Assembly: GCF_039839375.1 (NCBI RefSeq)
Contig: NZ_JBDOQU010000013.1
Span: forward strand, 71,727 to 103,726
Reading direction: 5' to 3'
From: Inquilinus sp. CAU 1745
GTDB taxonomy: Bacteria > Pseudomonadota > Alphaproteobacteria > DSM-16000 > Inquilinaceae
Length of the DNA: 32,000 nt
Under the pieces are notes generated by a model. The model did not search any database, was not told where the DNA came from, and worked only from the letters and a program-made list of their open reading frames with translations. A program made the position numbers and the translations under genes. Numbering within the stretch: the first letter of the stretch is position 1; every line of letters starts with the position of its first letter. Shown one piece after another: positions 8,688 to 17,521 of the stretch.

Positions 8688-9647
8688 ATGCCATCCATCA
8701 TGCCGCACCGTATCGAGATCCTCGCCTTCGCCGATGCCCAGCTCCTGGACGTGACCGGGCCGGCGCAGGTCTTCGCGACGGCCAACGATCTGACGCCGGC
8801 GGGCACGTCCAAGCCCTACGAGATAGCGATTGTCTCGGCCCTGCCCGACGTCGTCACCAGCTCCGGCATCGTTCTCAGGGCAGAGCCTCTTTCACTCGGC
8901 GAGGCTGATGTCGGCACCCTGATCGTTTCTGGGGGATATGGCGTCGACGCTGCCTGCCGCGACCGATCCCTGATCGTCTGGATCCATCGACGCGCGGGCA
9001 TGGCATCGCGCGTCGCATCCGTGTGCAGCGGCGCCATCCTCCTGGCCGAAGCCGGACTTCTCGACGGCCGCCGGGCGGTGACGCATTGGCAGCGCTGCGC
9101 CGAGTTCGCGTCCCGCTTTCCGTCGGTTCGGCTTGATCCGGACCCGATCTTCGTGTGCGATGGCACGATCTGGACCTCCGCGGGCATCACGGCCGGTATC
9201 GACCTCGCGCTGGCGATGGTCGAGGCGGATTGCGGGCGGGCTTTGGCGCTCGCAGTAGCGCGCCAGCTTGTCGTGTTCCTGAAGCGGCCGGGCGGGCAGG
9301 CGCAATTCAGCTGCGCGCTCGCCTTGCAGGGCGCCGACGCGAAATTCGAAGAATTGCATGCCTGGATCACTGATAACCTCAGCCGCGACCTGTCGGCCCT
9401 CGCAGATCAGGCGGGCATGAGCCTTCGCACCTTCTGTCGGCGTTACCGTCAAAGTACGGGACGCACGCCGGCGGACGGTGTTGAGATGATCCGTTTGGAA
9501 GGCGCGAGGCGGTATTTGGAGGAGGGTGCGAGCGTCACACGAGCGGCAGCGCGGTGCGGTTTCGGCTCGACCGAGACCATGCGTCGTGTCTTTCTTCGCC
9601 ATCTGGGTGTTGGTCCGAACGCCTATCGAGAGCGCTTCCATGGCTGA
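8688..9647 (+). CDS. GlxA family (DJ-1-domain + AraC HTH) transcriptional regulator
   Basis: N-terminal DJ-1-like domain (RIEILAFADAQLLDVTGPAQVF, SVCSGAILLAEAGLLDGRRAVTHW) plus C-terminal AraC HTH. It is divergent from the DJ-1 gene. The start is ambiguous (TTG at 8658, ATG at 8688 or ATG at 8700). Confidence 0.85.
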   Translation: MPSIMPHRIEILAFADAQLLDVTGPAQVFATANDLTPAGTSKPYEIAIVSALPDVVTSSGIVLRAEPLSLGEADVGTLIVSGGYGVDAACRDRSLIVWIHRRAGMASRVASVCSGAILLAEAGLLDGRRAVTHWQRCAEFASRFPSVRLDPDPIFVCDGTIWTSAGITAGIDLALAMVEADCGRALALAVARQLVVFLKRPGGQAQFSCALALQGADAKFEELHAWITDNLSRDLSALADQAGMSLRTFCRRYRQSTGRTPADGVEMIRLEGARRYLEEGASVTRAAARCGFGSTETMRRVFLRHLGVGPNAYRERFHG

Positions 9648-9738
9648 AGAGGTTCGGCATGCACACTGGAGCGGCTGCTTTATCAGCCTCGTTGATTATC
9701 GCCGAATCTCTAACGGGATACGAGGCCGGCCATGAAGG

Positions 9739-10563
9739 CTACGTTCTCGATCTAAACAATGCCAGAATTGGATCTATCGCTTGGAGAAGGGGGCCAGGCG
9801 ATACGGATCCCCCAGATTGGTCCCATGCATTCTGAAATTCTGCGATTTCGATCCCGACCACGCGATGCTCTGCGATCTCCTGGGAGCAAACCAATAGATC
9901 GTCCAATGTCAGGCCGCCTTCATGGCAATAGTCGGTGGGCACGATCCCGGGTTCGAGAACGTCGCAGTCGAGGTGAATGTAAATCGGACGACCGGAAATA
10001 GCTTGCCGGAGCGCTGCTGGCAGGTCGTCCGTCGGCCTTATGTGTGGAATGGCGAACTGCTCGATCAGCTCTTGTTCAAATGGATCAAGGTCGCGCTGCC
10101 CGACGAGGATCAGTGAGTTCAACGAAAGACCTGCGCCAAGGTCGGAGTTCCAAAGGCCCGCGGCTCCAGCAAGCACTAATCCACCGAGATAGCCGGTTGT
10201 CGTTGATCCCGGAGTGTTCAGATCAGCATGGGCGTCGAACCAGACGACACATGCACTCGGATGGTGCTTGATCACGACTGGAAGGGTTGCCAGAGAAACA
10301 GCGCAGCGGCTGGTGGCAGCAACGGATGCTGAGCCTTCTGCAAACACGGATTCGAGCCTGTCTTGCATAAGACGCAGCGCCGGCATGGCCGCCTCAAGCT
10401 CCTCCCGCCACCCCTTATTCAATGCAGGTTCGAAATTGCCGATCGTCGTCGGTGCGATGCCAGTCTGGCCCAGCAGCGCGTTACCGATCGCAGCAGCACC
10501 GGGCATTGCAAGATCGTTATGATCTCCTGCCCGAGCATGGAATACGGTGTACGCCGCCTTCAT
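9739..10563 (-). CDS. Arginase/agmatinase/formiminoglutamase (ureohydrolase) family protein
   Basis: Mn-binding signatures WFDAHADLNTP and IHLDCDVLEP. GC content is visibly lower than the flanks. The ATG at 10563 (MKAAYTVF) is preferred over the TTG at 10569. Confidence 0.8.
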   Translation of the reverse strand: MKAAYTVFHARAGDHNDLAMPGAAAIGNALLGQTGIAPTTIGNFEPALNKGWREELEAAMPALRLMQDRLESVFAEGSASVAATSRCAVSLATLPVVIKHHPSACVVWFDAHADLNTPGSTTTGYLGGLVLAGAAGLWNSDLGAGLSLNSLILVGQRDLDPFEQELIEQFAIPHIRPTDDLPAALRQAISGRPIYIHLDCDVLEPGIVPTDYCHEGGLTLDDLLVCSQEIAEHRVVGIEIAEFQNAWDQSGGSVSPGPLLQAIDPILALFRSRT

Positions 10564-10782
10564 TACCAAGTTCCCCCTCTGGCGTGTTCCTCCTGCTCAG
10601 ATACGCAGCTAACGATCTCCGACTCAAACTTCGTCAGCTCTCGGCAAACGCGGCAGTGGTTGGGAACGCCTTACAAGGGTCGCAAACAGCCGTCGCCCCC
10701 TCATTCGCCATCCCCTGTGTTTTCTCTCTAGCGTCGCCGAAGCTACGACATAAGGCGGCAGCGCCTTGTAAATCTCGACCCC

Positions 10783-10815
10783 TGCGACCGACCTTGACGA
10801 CACTTGTTGTCGAGG
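10783..10815 (+). promoter_or_regulatory. Copy A of a shared upstream block (TGCGAC..GACC..TTGA..ACTTGTTGTC.AGG), just 5' of traG
   Basis: tgcgaccgaccttgacgacacttgttgtcgagg. The exact 10-mer ACTTGTTGTC (10802..10811) recurs at 13358..13367 upstream of trbB. The function is not established. Confidence 0.3.
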
Positions 10816-10824
10816 AGGCATGAC

Positions 10825-12816
10825 TTGTCCGCCACAAAAATCCTCTGGGGCCAGATCACCATTATCGTCCTGATCGTGCTCGCCACGACCTGGGCCGCTA
10901 CGCAATGGACGGCATGGAAGCTAGGCTTCCAGCCTCAGCTCGGTGCGCCCTGGTTCGAGCTGGCGGGGGTCCCATTCTACCATCCACCGGCGTTCTTCTG
11001 GTGGTGGTATTCTTACGAGGCCTACGCGCCGGGAACTTTCAACCGCGGCGGCATCATTGCCGCGTCCGGCGGCTTCCTTTCCATTGCCGTGGCGATCGGC
11101 ATGTCGGTCTGGCGGGCGCGCGAGGCCAAGAACGTCGAGACCTATGGCTCGGCGCGTTGGGCGAAGCCGAACGAGATCAAGTCCGCTGGTCTGCTCGGCC
11201 CCGATGGCGTGGTGCTCGGCAAGCTCGATCGCGATTATCTCCGACACGACGGCCCGGAGCATGTGCTGTGCTTTGCGCCAACGCGGAGCGGCAAAGGCGT
11301 CGGCCTCGTCGTGCCGACGCTGCTGACTTGGCCGGGTTCGGCAATTGTCCACGACATTAAGGGCGAGAACTGGCAGCTCACGGCCGGCTTTCGCGCCAGG
11401 CACGGACGCGTGCTGTTGTTCGATCCGACGAACACGAAGTCGTCCGCTTATAATCCCCTGCTGGAGGTGCGGCGTGGCGAGTGGGAAGTGCGCGACGTCC
11501 AGAATGTCGCCGACGTCCTGGTCGATCCCGAGGGATCACTCGAAAAGCGGAATCATTGGGAGAAGACCAGCCACTCGCTCCTCGTCGGCGCGATCCTGCA
11601 TGTTCTCTACGCCGAGACCGACAAGACGCTCGCCGGCGTCGCCGGGTTCTTGTCGGATCCCAAGCGGCCGATCGAGACCACGCTCGCGGCGATGATGGCG
11701 ACGCCGCATCTCGGAGAAGCCGGACCGCATCCCGTGGTGGCCTCCACGGCGCGCGAGCTATTGAACAAATCCGACAACGAGCGGTCGGGTGTGCTCTCCA
11801 CCGCAATGTCGTTCCTCGGCCTCTATCGAGATCCCGTCGTCGCCGAGGTGACGCGATGCTGCGACTGGCGGATCGCCGACCTCATCGCAGCCTCCAAGCC
11901 GGCGACGCTCTACCTCGTCGTGCCGCCTTCGGACATCGCACGCACGAAGCCGCTCATCCGCCTTGTGCTCAACCAGATCGGTCGACGCCTGACTGAAGAT
12001 CTTCATGCGAAGGACCGTCGGCACCGCGTCCTGATGATGCTCGACGAATTCCCCGCACTCGGTCGCCTCGATTTCTTCGAGAGCGCCTTGGCCTTCATGG
12101 CGGGATACGGCCTCAAGGCATTTCTGATCGCGCAATCGCTCAATCAGATCGAGAAAGCCTACGGCGCGAACAACTCGATCCTCGACAACTGCCATGTCCG
12201 CGTGAGCTTCGCGACCAACGACGAGAGGACCGCCAAGCGTGTATCGGACGCGCTGGGCACCGCCACCGAAATGAAGGCGATGAAGAACTATGCCGGGCAC
12301 CGGCTGTCGCCTTGGCTCGGCCACCTCATGGTGTCGCGCTCGGAAACGGCGCGGGCCCTGCTCACGCCGGGCGAGGTGATGCAGCTCCCGCCAACCGATG
12401 AGATCGTCATGGTGGCCGGTACGCCGCCGATCCGCGCGAAAAAGGCCCGCTACTACGAAGATGGGCGGCTGAACGAGCGCATCTTGCCACCTGCCGATTC
12501 GGGGAAGCGCGGTCGATCGGCGCGCGCGGACAACTGGTCATCACTCGCCCCGCAGGAACCTTCGCCGACGCTTCTCTCCGAGACCGAGAATGCCGGACGA
12601 GATGCGGCCAATAGCGGTCTGCGCCGCGAACCCGAGCTGCCGGCTCACGTCGCCATCGTTAGGGAGACCAGCGAGCCAAAGCGGCAGGAGGAGTTCGCCA
12701 TCATGGATGACAACGAGCCTGAGGACGCCGCCAGGCAGAACAGCATCCTGCGCCAGCAGATGCGCGGCGTTGCGCGCCAGGTCGCGCTCGACCCCAACGA
12801 CGGCATCGAAATGTGA
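10825..12816 (+). CDS. traG: Conjugal transfer coupling protein TraG (VirD4-type T4CP)
   Basis: N-terminal TM helices, Walker A FAPTRSGKGVGLVVPT, Walker B MMLDEFPALG. The start is set at the TTG at 10825 (MSATKILWGQ) with GAGGAGG 6 nt upstream; the track start is 10804. Confidence 0.92.
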   Translation: MSATKILWGQITIIVLIVLATTWAATQWTAWKLGFQPQLGAPWFELAGVPFYHPPAFFWWWYSYEAYAPGTFNRGGIIAASGGFLSIAVAIGMSVWRAREAKNVETYGSARWAKPNEIKSAGLLGPDGVVLGKLDRDYLRHDGPEHVLCFAPTRSGKGVGLVVPTLLTWPGSAIVHDIKGENWQLTAGFRARHGRVLLFDPTNTKSSAYNPLLEVRRGEWEVRDVQNVADVLVDPEGSLEKRNHWEKTSHSLLVGAILHVLYAETDKTLAGVAGFLSDPKRPIETTLAAMMATPHLGEAGPHPVVASTARELLNKSDNERSGVLSTAMSFLGLYRDPVVAEVTRCCDWRIADLIAASKPATLYLVVPPSDIARTKPLIRLVLNQIGRRLTEDLHAKDRRHRVLMMLDEFPALGRLDFFESALAFMAGYGLKAFLIAQSLNQIEKAYGANNSILDNCHVRVSFATNDERTAKRVSDALGTATEMKAMKNYAGHRLSPWLGHLMVSRSETARALLTPGEVMQLPPTDEIVMVAGTPPIRAKKARYYEDGRLNERILPPADSGKRGRSARADNWSSLAPQEPSPTLLSETENAGRDAANSGLRREPELPAHVAIVRETSEPKRQEEFAIMDDNEPEDAARQNSILRQQMRGVARQVALDPNDGIEM

Positions 12817-12825
12817 GGCTGAACC

Positions 12826-13272
12826 ATGCGCGACCGGATGAACGTCTATTTTCCACCTGAGATGCTGAAACAGATCGTCGAGCTTGCCGATCGCAAGAAG
12901 CTGTCCCGCTCGGCAATTGTCGAGGCGGCGGTAGCGTCCTTCCTGTCACCTGATGGCGCGGACCGACGCGAGGCGGCGTTCACCCGTCGCCTCGATCGGC
13001 TCTCGCGGCAGGTGCAGCGCATGGAGCGCGATCTTGGCGTCACGGCGGAAACGCTGGCGCTGTTCGTCCGATTCTGGCTGACCATCACGCCGCCCCTGCC
13101 GAACGACGCCCAGGGTGCCGCACAGATCAAGGGACGCGAGCGGTTCGACGGGTTCATCGAAGCGCTCGGCCGGCGCCTGCAGAAAGGTCAAAGCTTCCTC
13201 CGGGAGATTCCCGACGACATCGGCGGCGTTTCATCCAGCGAAGAACCCGATGATTCGCGCAGGAACAACTGA
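12826..13272 (+). CDS. CopG/ribbon-helix-helix family protein, conserved between traG and trbB
   Basis: N-terminal RHH (MNVYFPPEMLKQIVELADRKKLSRSAIVEAAVASFL). Its position between traG and trbB matches this ICE/plasmid family as I remember it. GAGG lies 7 nt upstream. Confidence 0.8.
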   Translation: MRDRMNVYFPPEMLKQIVELADRKKLSRSAIVEAAVASFLSPDGADRREAAFTRRLDRLSRQVQRMERDLGVTAETLALFVRFWLTITPPLPNDAQGAAQIKGRERFDGFIEALGRRLQKGQSFLREIPDDIGGVSSSEEPDDSRRNN

Positions 13273-13340
13273 ACGGCCTTGATGAGATCGATTGGAAAAA
13301 GTCAGACGTTTCGCCCTTTCCTTCTATTTGTACGCCACGG

Positions 13341-13370
13341 TGCGACGACCCTCTTGAACTTGTTGTCAGG
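13341..13370 (+). promoter_or_regulatory. Copy B of the shared upstream block, in the 174-bp copG-trbB gap
   Basis: tgcgacgaccctcttgaacttgttgtcagg. It aligns with 10783..10815 allowing 3 small indels. The surrounding gap is AT-shifted and contains TTGTCA-19nt-TCTAAT. The function is not established. Confidence 0.3.
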
Positions 13371-13446
13371 CCCCATTTCCTGCCCCTTCTAATCAACCCC
13401 GATCCAGGGCCGCCCTTCGCGCGGTCCCGCAAAGGACGGGGACGAC

Positions 13447-14457
13447 ATGGCGGCTTCTCACCAGCAATCCGAGGCGATCTCACGCGGCGCGCGCATGTTG
13501 CGCACGGCGCTCGGTCCCGCCATCGCCGGGTTCCTGGAGGATCGGCAGATCGTCGAGGTGATGCTCAACCCCGATGGGCGGCTCTGGATCGACCGCTTGT
13601 CCAAGGGGCTTTCCGATACGGGTGAGCGGCTGTCGCCCGCCGATGGCGAGCGCATCGTCCGGCTGGTCGCGCACCATGTCGGCGCGGAGGTCCATCCGGG
13701 GTCGCCGCGGGTGTCTGCGGAGCTGCCCGAGACGGGGGAGCGGTTCGAAGGCCTCCTGCCGCCGGTGGTGTCCGCGCCGGCCTTCGCGATCCGCAAACCC
13801 GCCGTCGCGGTGTTCACCCTCGACGACTATGTCGCCGCCGGCATCATGAAGGCCTGCCAGGCCGAGATGCTGCAGTCCGCAGTCGTGGCGCGCAAGAACA
13901 TCCTCGTCGCCGGTGGCACCTCGACCGGCAAGACCACGCTGACCAACGCGCTCCTGGCCGAGGTCGCCAAGACCACCGACCGCGTGGTGCTGATCGAGGA
14001 TACGCGCGAGCTGCAATGCGCCGCGCCGAACCTCGTTGCGCTTCGCACCAAGGACGGCGTCGCCTCGCTCTCCGAACTTGTTCGCTCCTCGCTCCGCCTG
14101 CGCCCCGACCGTATTCCGATCGGCGAGGTGCGCGGCAGCGAAGCCCTGGATCTCTTGAAGGCGTGGGGAACCGGCCATCCCGGCGGCATTGGCACCATAC
14201 ACGCAGGTTCCGCCATCGGCGCGCTGCGCCGCCTCGAACAGCTCATCCAGGAAGCCGTGGTCAACGTGCCCCGCGCGCTGATCGCCGAGACCATCGACGT
14301 CGTCGCGGTCCTGGCCGGTCGGGGATCGCAGCGCCGCCTCGTCGATCTCGCCGCTGTCGAGGGCCTGGGAGCCTCCGGCGACTACCGCGTCGGCCCGGCC
14401 GCGACGCCCGGCGCCACCCTTTCCGACAATCAGCCCCTCAATGGAGACCCGTCATGA
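13447..14457 (+). CDS. trbB: P-type conjugative transfer ATPase TrbB (VirB11-like)
   Basis: Walker [41 protein letters not shown]. Confidence 0.93.
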   Translation: MAASHQQSEAISRGARMLRTALGPAIAGFLEDRQIVEVMLNPDGRLWIDRLSKGLSDTGERLSPADGERIVRLVAHHVGAEVHPGSPRVSAELPETGERFEGLLPPVVSAPAFAIRKPAVAVFTLDDYVAAGIMKACQAEMLQSAVVARKNILVAGGTSTGKTTLTNALLAEVAKTTDRVVLIEDTRELQCAAPNLVALRTKDGVASLSELVRSSLRLRPDRIPIGEVRGSEALDLLKAWGTGHPGGIGTIHAGSAIGALRRLEQLIQEAVVNVPRALIAETIDVVAVLAGRGSQRRLVDLAAVEGLGASGDYRVGPAATPGATLSDNQPLNGDPS

Positions 14458-14786
14458 TCCAACACGCTTCACGCCTCCGTCGCCACATCGCGACGGCCGC
14501 CCTTGCAACCTTCGTCAGCCTGTCGCTGTCTCCCGCTGCCCAGGCCGCGGGCTCGTCGATGCCGTGGGAGGCGCCGCTCCAGTCGATCCTCGAATCGATC
14601 GAGGGCCCGGTGGCCAAGATCATCGCGGTGATGATCATCATCATCACCGGCCTGACACTCGCCTTCGGCGACAGCAGCGGCGGTGCGCGAAAGCTCATCC
14701 AGATCGTGTTCGGGCTGTCGATCGCCTTCGCGGCGAGCTCCTTCTTCCTGTCGTTCTTCTCGTTCGGCGGCGGGGCGCTCGTCTGA
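14454..14786 (+). CDS. trbC: TrbC (VirB2-like pilin precursor)
   Basis: Signal peptide ending AAQAAGSS followed by two hydrophobic helices. Its ATG overlaps the trbB stop (ATGA). The track ORF start at 14016 lies inside trbB and is rejected. Confidence 0.85.
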   Translation: MIQHASRLRRHIATAALATFVSLSLSPAAQAAGSSMPWEAPLQSILESIEGPVAKIIAVMIIIITGLTLAFGDSSGGARKLIQIVFGLSIAFAASSFFLSFFSFGGGALV

Positions 14787-15064
14787 TGGCGGACTTCGCC
14801 TCCGAAGCGCCGGTCGGTGGATTCTTCGCGCCCGTCCATCGAGCCTTGACCGAGCCGATCCTGCTCGGCGGCGCGCCGCGTTCGATCGCCATCCTCAACG
14901 GGACGCTGGCGGCGGCCCTCGGCCTTGGCCTGCGCCTCTGGCTGGTCGGCCTGGCGCTCTGGGCGATTGGCCATTTCGCGGCGGTCTGGGCGGCCAAGCG
15001 CGATCCGCTGTTCGTCGATGTCGTGCGCCGGCATCTGCGCATCCCCGGTCATCTGAACGTCTGA
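14786..15064 (+). CDS. trbD: TrbD (VirB3-like)
   Basis: 92 aa, FFAPVHRALTEPILLGGAPR, then a hydrophobic hairpin. TGATG overlap with the trbC stop. Confidence 0.85.
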   Translation: MADFASEAPVGGFFAPVHRALTEPILLGGAPRSIAILNGTLAAALGLGLRLWLVGLALWAIGHFAAVWAAKRDPLFVDVVRRHLRIPGHLNV

Positions 15065-15082
15065 CCCGGGAAGAACCGCATC

Positions 15083-17521
15083 ATGATGAACCTTGCGGAA
15101 TACCGCCGCACCTCCACCCGCCTCGCGGACTTCCTGCCCTGGGTCGCGCTCGCCGGCCAAGGCGTCGTCCTGAACAAGGACGGCTCGTTCCAGCGCACCG
15201 CCCGCTTCCGTGGCCCCGACCTCGACAGCGCCGTGCCCGCCGAACTCGTCGGTGTCGCCGGCCGCCTCAACAACGCATTCCGCCGCCTCGGCTCCGGATG
15301 GGCCATCTTCGTCGAAGCCCAGCGCCATCGCGCCGGAGCCTATCCGGCCAGCATGTTCCCAGAGGCTGCGTCAGCCCTGATCGACGCGGAGCGCAAAGCC
15401 GATTTCGAGGAGGAAGGCGCGCATTTCGAGTCGAGCTACTTCCTCACCCTTCTCTATCTGCCGCCGGCCGAGGACGTCGCGCGCGCCGAGAGCTGGCTCT
15501 ACGAGGGCAAGGCGCAGGGTGGCTTCGATGCGGGCGAGATCCTGCGCGGCTTCGTCGACCGGACGGACCGGCTTCTCCAGCTCATCGAGGGCTTCATGCC
15601 CGAATGCGTCTGGCTCGATGACGCCGAGACGCTGACCTACCTGCATTCGACCGTCTCGACCAAGCGGCACCGCGTCCGCGTCCCCGAGACGCCGATGTAT
15701 CTCGACGCGCTGCTCGCGGACCAGCCGCTGACCGGCGGGCTCGAACCACGATTGGGCAACGCGCATCTGCGGATCCTCACCATCGTCGGGTTCCCGACGG
15801 CGACGACGCCAGGGATTTTGGACGAGCTGAACCGGCTCGCCTTCCCGTACCGCTGGTCGACGCGGGCCGTGATGCTCGACAAGACCGAGGCGACGCGGCT
15901 GCTGACCAAGATCCGGCGGCAGTGGTTCGCCAAGAGGAAGTCGATCGCCTCCATCCTCAAGGAGGTGATGACCAACGAAGCGTCCGCGCTGGTCGATAGC
16001 GATGCCGCCAACAAGGCCGCCGACGCCGACCTAGCGCTTCAGGAACTCGGCTCCGACCTGATCGGCCAGGCCTATGTCACCGCGACCGTCTGCGTCTGGG
16101 ACGAGAACCCGGCGATCGCCGACGAGAAGCTGCGGTTGGTCGAGAAGGTGATCCAGGGCCGCGACTTCACCACGATGACCGAGTCCATCAATGCCGCCGA
16201 CGCCTGGCTTGGCTCTCTGCCCGGGCATGTCTACGCGAATGTCCGGCAGCCACCGGTCTCCACCCTCAATCTCGCCCACATGATTCCGCTCTCGGCGGTG
16301 TGGGCCGGGCCGGAACGCGACGAGCATTTTGCAGCTCCTCCCTTGCTCTTCGGCCGGACCGAAGGCTCGACCCCGTTCCGGTTCGCCCTCCATGTCGGCG
16401 ATGTCGGTCACACCCTCGTGGTCGGCCCGACCGGCGCCGGCAAGTCAGTGCTGCTGACGCTGATGGCCTTGCAGTTTCGCCGCTACGAGAGGTCTCAGGT
16501 CTTCGCCTTCGACTTCGGCGGCTCGATCCGCGCGGCGGCACTCGCCATGGTCGGCGACTGGCACGATCTCGGCGGCGAACTCACCGACGGCGCGGCCGCA
16601 TCGGTCTCGCTTCAGCCGCTCGCTCGGATCCATGAGACGCCCGAGCGCGCCTGGGCCGCCGACTGGATCGTCGCCATCCTCATGCGCGAGGGCATCACCA
16701 TCACGCCGGACGTGAAGGAACTGCTCTGGTCGGCGCTTACCTCGCTGGCGTCGGCCCCCATGGCGGAACGCACGCTCACCGGCCTTTCCGTCCTCCTGCA
16801 ATCCTCGGCCTTAAAGCAGGCACTCAAGCCTTATTGCGTCGGCGGGCCTTATGGCCGGCTGCTCGATTCCGAAGCGGAACAGCTCGGCGCGGCATCGGTC
16901 CAAGTGTTCGAGACCGAGGGCCTGATCGGCACCGGCGCGGCGCCTGCTGTGCTCGCCTACCTGTTCCACCGCATCGAGGACCGCCTCGATGGCCGGCCGA
17001 CCCTGCTCATCGTCGATGAGGGCTGGCTTGCGCTCGACGACGACGGCTTCGCCGGCCAGCTTCGCGAGTGGTTGAAGACGCTGCGGAAGAAGAACGCTTC
17101 GGTCGTGTTCGCGACCCAGTCGCTCTCCGACATCGACAGCTCGGCGATCGCGCCAGCCATTATCGAAAGCTGCCAGACGCGGCTGCTGCTCCCGAACGAA
17201 CGGGCGATCGAGCCGCAGATCACCGCCATCTATCGGCGTTTCGGGCTCAACGACCGGCAGATCGAGATCCTAGCCAGGGCGACACCGAAGCGGGACTATT
17301 ACTGCCAGTCGAGGCGCGGCAACCGCCTGTTCGAGCTCGGCCTCGGCGAAGTCGCGCTCGCACTGTGCGCCACATCCTCGAAGACCGACCAGGCCGCGAT
17401 TGAGCGGTTGCTGTCCGAACACGGCCGCGACGAATTCCTCGCCGCCTGGCTTCGCGCGCGCGGCGTCGCCTGGGCCGCCGACCTCATTCCCGACCTCACC
17501 AACCTGGAGACCCCGTCATGA
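15083..17521 (+). CDS. trbE: TrbE (VirB4-like ATPase)
   Basis: 812 aa, Walker A VGPTGAGKSVLL, Walker B LLIVDEGW, FATQSLSD. Confidence 0.93.
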   Translation: MMNLAEYRRTSTRLADFLPWVALAGQGVVLNKDGSFQRTARFRGPDLDSAVPAELVGVAGRLNNAFRRLGSGWAIFVEAQRHRAGAYPASMFPEAASALIDAERKADFEEEGAHFESSYFLTLLYLPPAEDVARAESWLYEGKAQGGFDAGEILRGFVDRTDRLLQLIEGFMPECVWLDDAETLTYLHSTVSTKRHRVRVPETPMYLDALLADQPLTGGLEPRLGNAHLRILTIVGFPTATTPGILDELNRLAFPYRWSTRAVMLDKTEATRLLTKIRRQWFAKRKSIASILKEVMTNEASALVDSDAANKAADADLALQELGSDLIGQAYVTATVCVWDENPAIADEKLRLVEKVIQGRDFTTMTESINAADAWLGSLPGHVYANVRQPPVSTLNLAHMIPLSAVWAGPERDEHFAAPPLLFGRTEGSTPFRFALHVGDVGHTLVVGPTGAGKSVLLTLMALQFRRYERSQVFAFDFGGSIRAAALAMVGDWHDLGGELTDGAAASVSLQPLARIHETPERAWAADWIVAILMREGITITPDVKELLWSALTSLASAPMAERTLTGLSVLLQSSALKQALKPYCVGGPYGRLLDSEAEQLGAASVQVFETEGLIGTGAAPAVLAYLFHRIEDRLDGRPTLLIVDEGWLALDDDGFAGQLREWLKTLRKKNASVVFATQSLSDIDSSAIAPAIIESCQTRLLLPNERAIEPQITAIYRRFGLNDRQIEILARATPKRDYYCQSRRGNRLFELGLGEVALALCATSSKTDQAAIERLLSEHGRDEFLAAWLRARGVAWAADLIPDLTNLETPS

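Noticed and set aside
10348-10361. GGATTCGAGCCTGT, a 13/14 match to the T-arm of the tRNA-Arg (GGATTCGAACCTGT). I considered it as a possible second att or tRNA fragment near the left flank of traG.
   Set aside because: It lies in frame inside the arginase-family ORF (encoding ..DRLESVF..). There is no flanking similarity to the tRNA acceptor or CCA end. It is too short to distinguish from chance.
10793-10821. CTTGAC-17nt-AGGCAT, considered as a sigma70-type promoter for traG.
   Set aside because: The -10 candidate is poor, and the implied TSS would fall at or after the traG start codon. Only the shared sequence block is reported, without a promoter claim.
14016-14453. The N-terminal 146-aa extension of the trbC ORF in the track. 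Similar extensions occur for trbD (14441), trbF (19833), trbG (20480), DUF1810 (4064) and the lipoprotein hydrolase (30202).
   Set aside because: The extensions overlap the preceding gene in another frame and are Arg-rich. Internal ATGs placed at stop/start overlaps give proteins of family-typical length with proper signal peptides.
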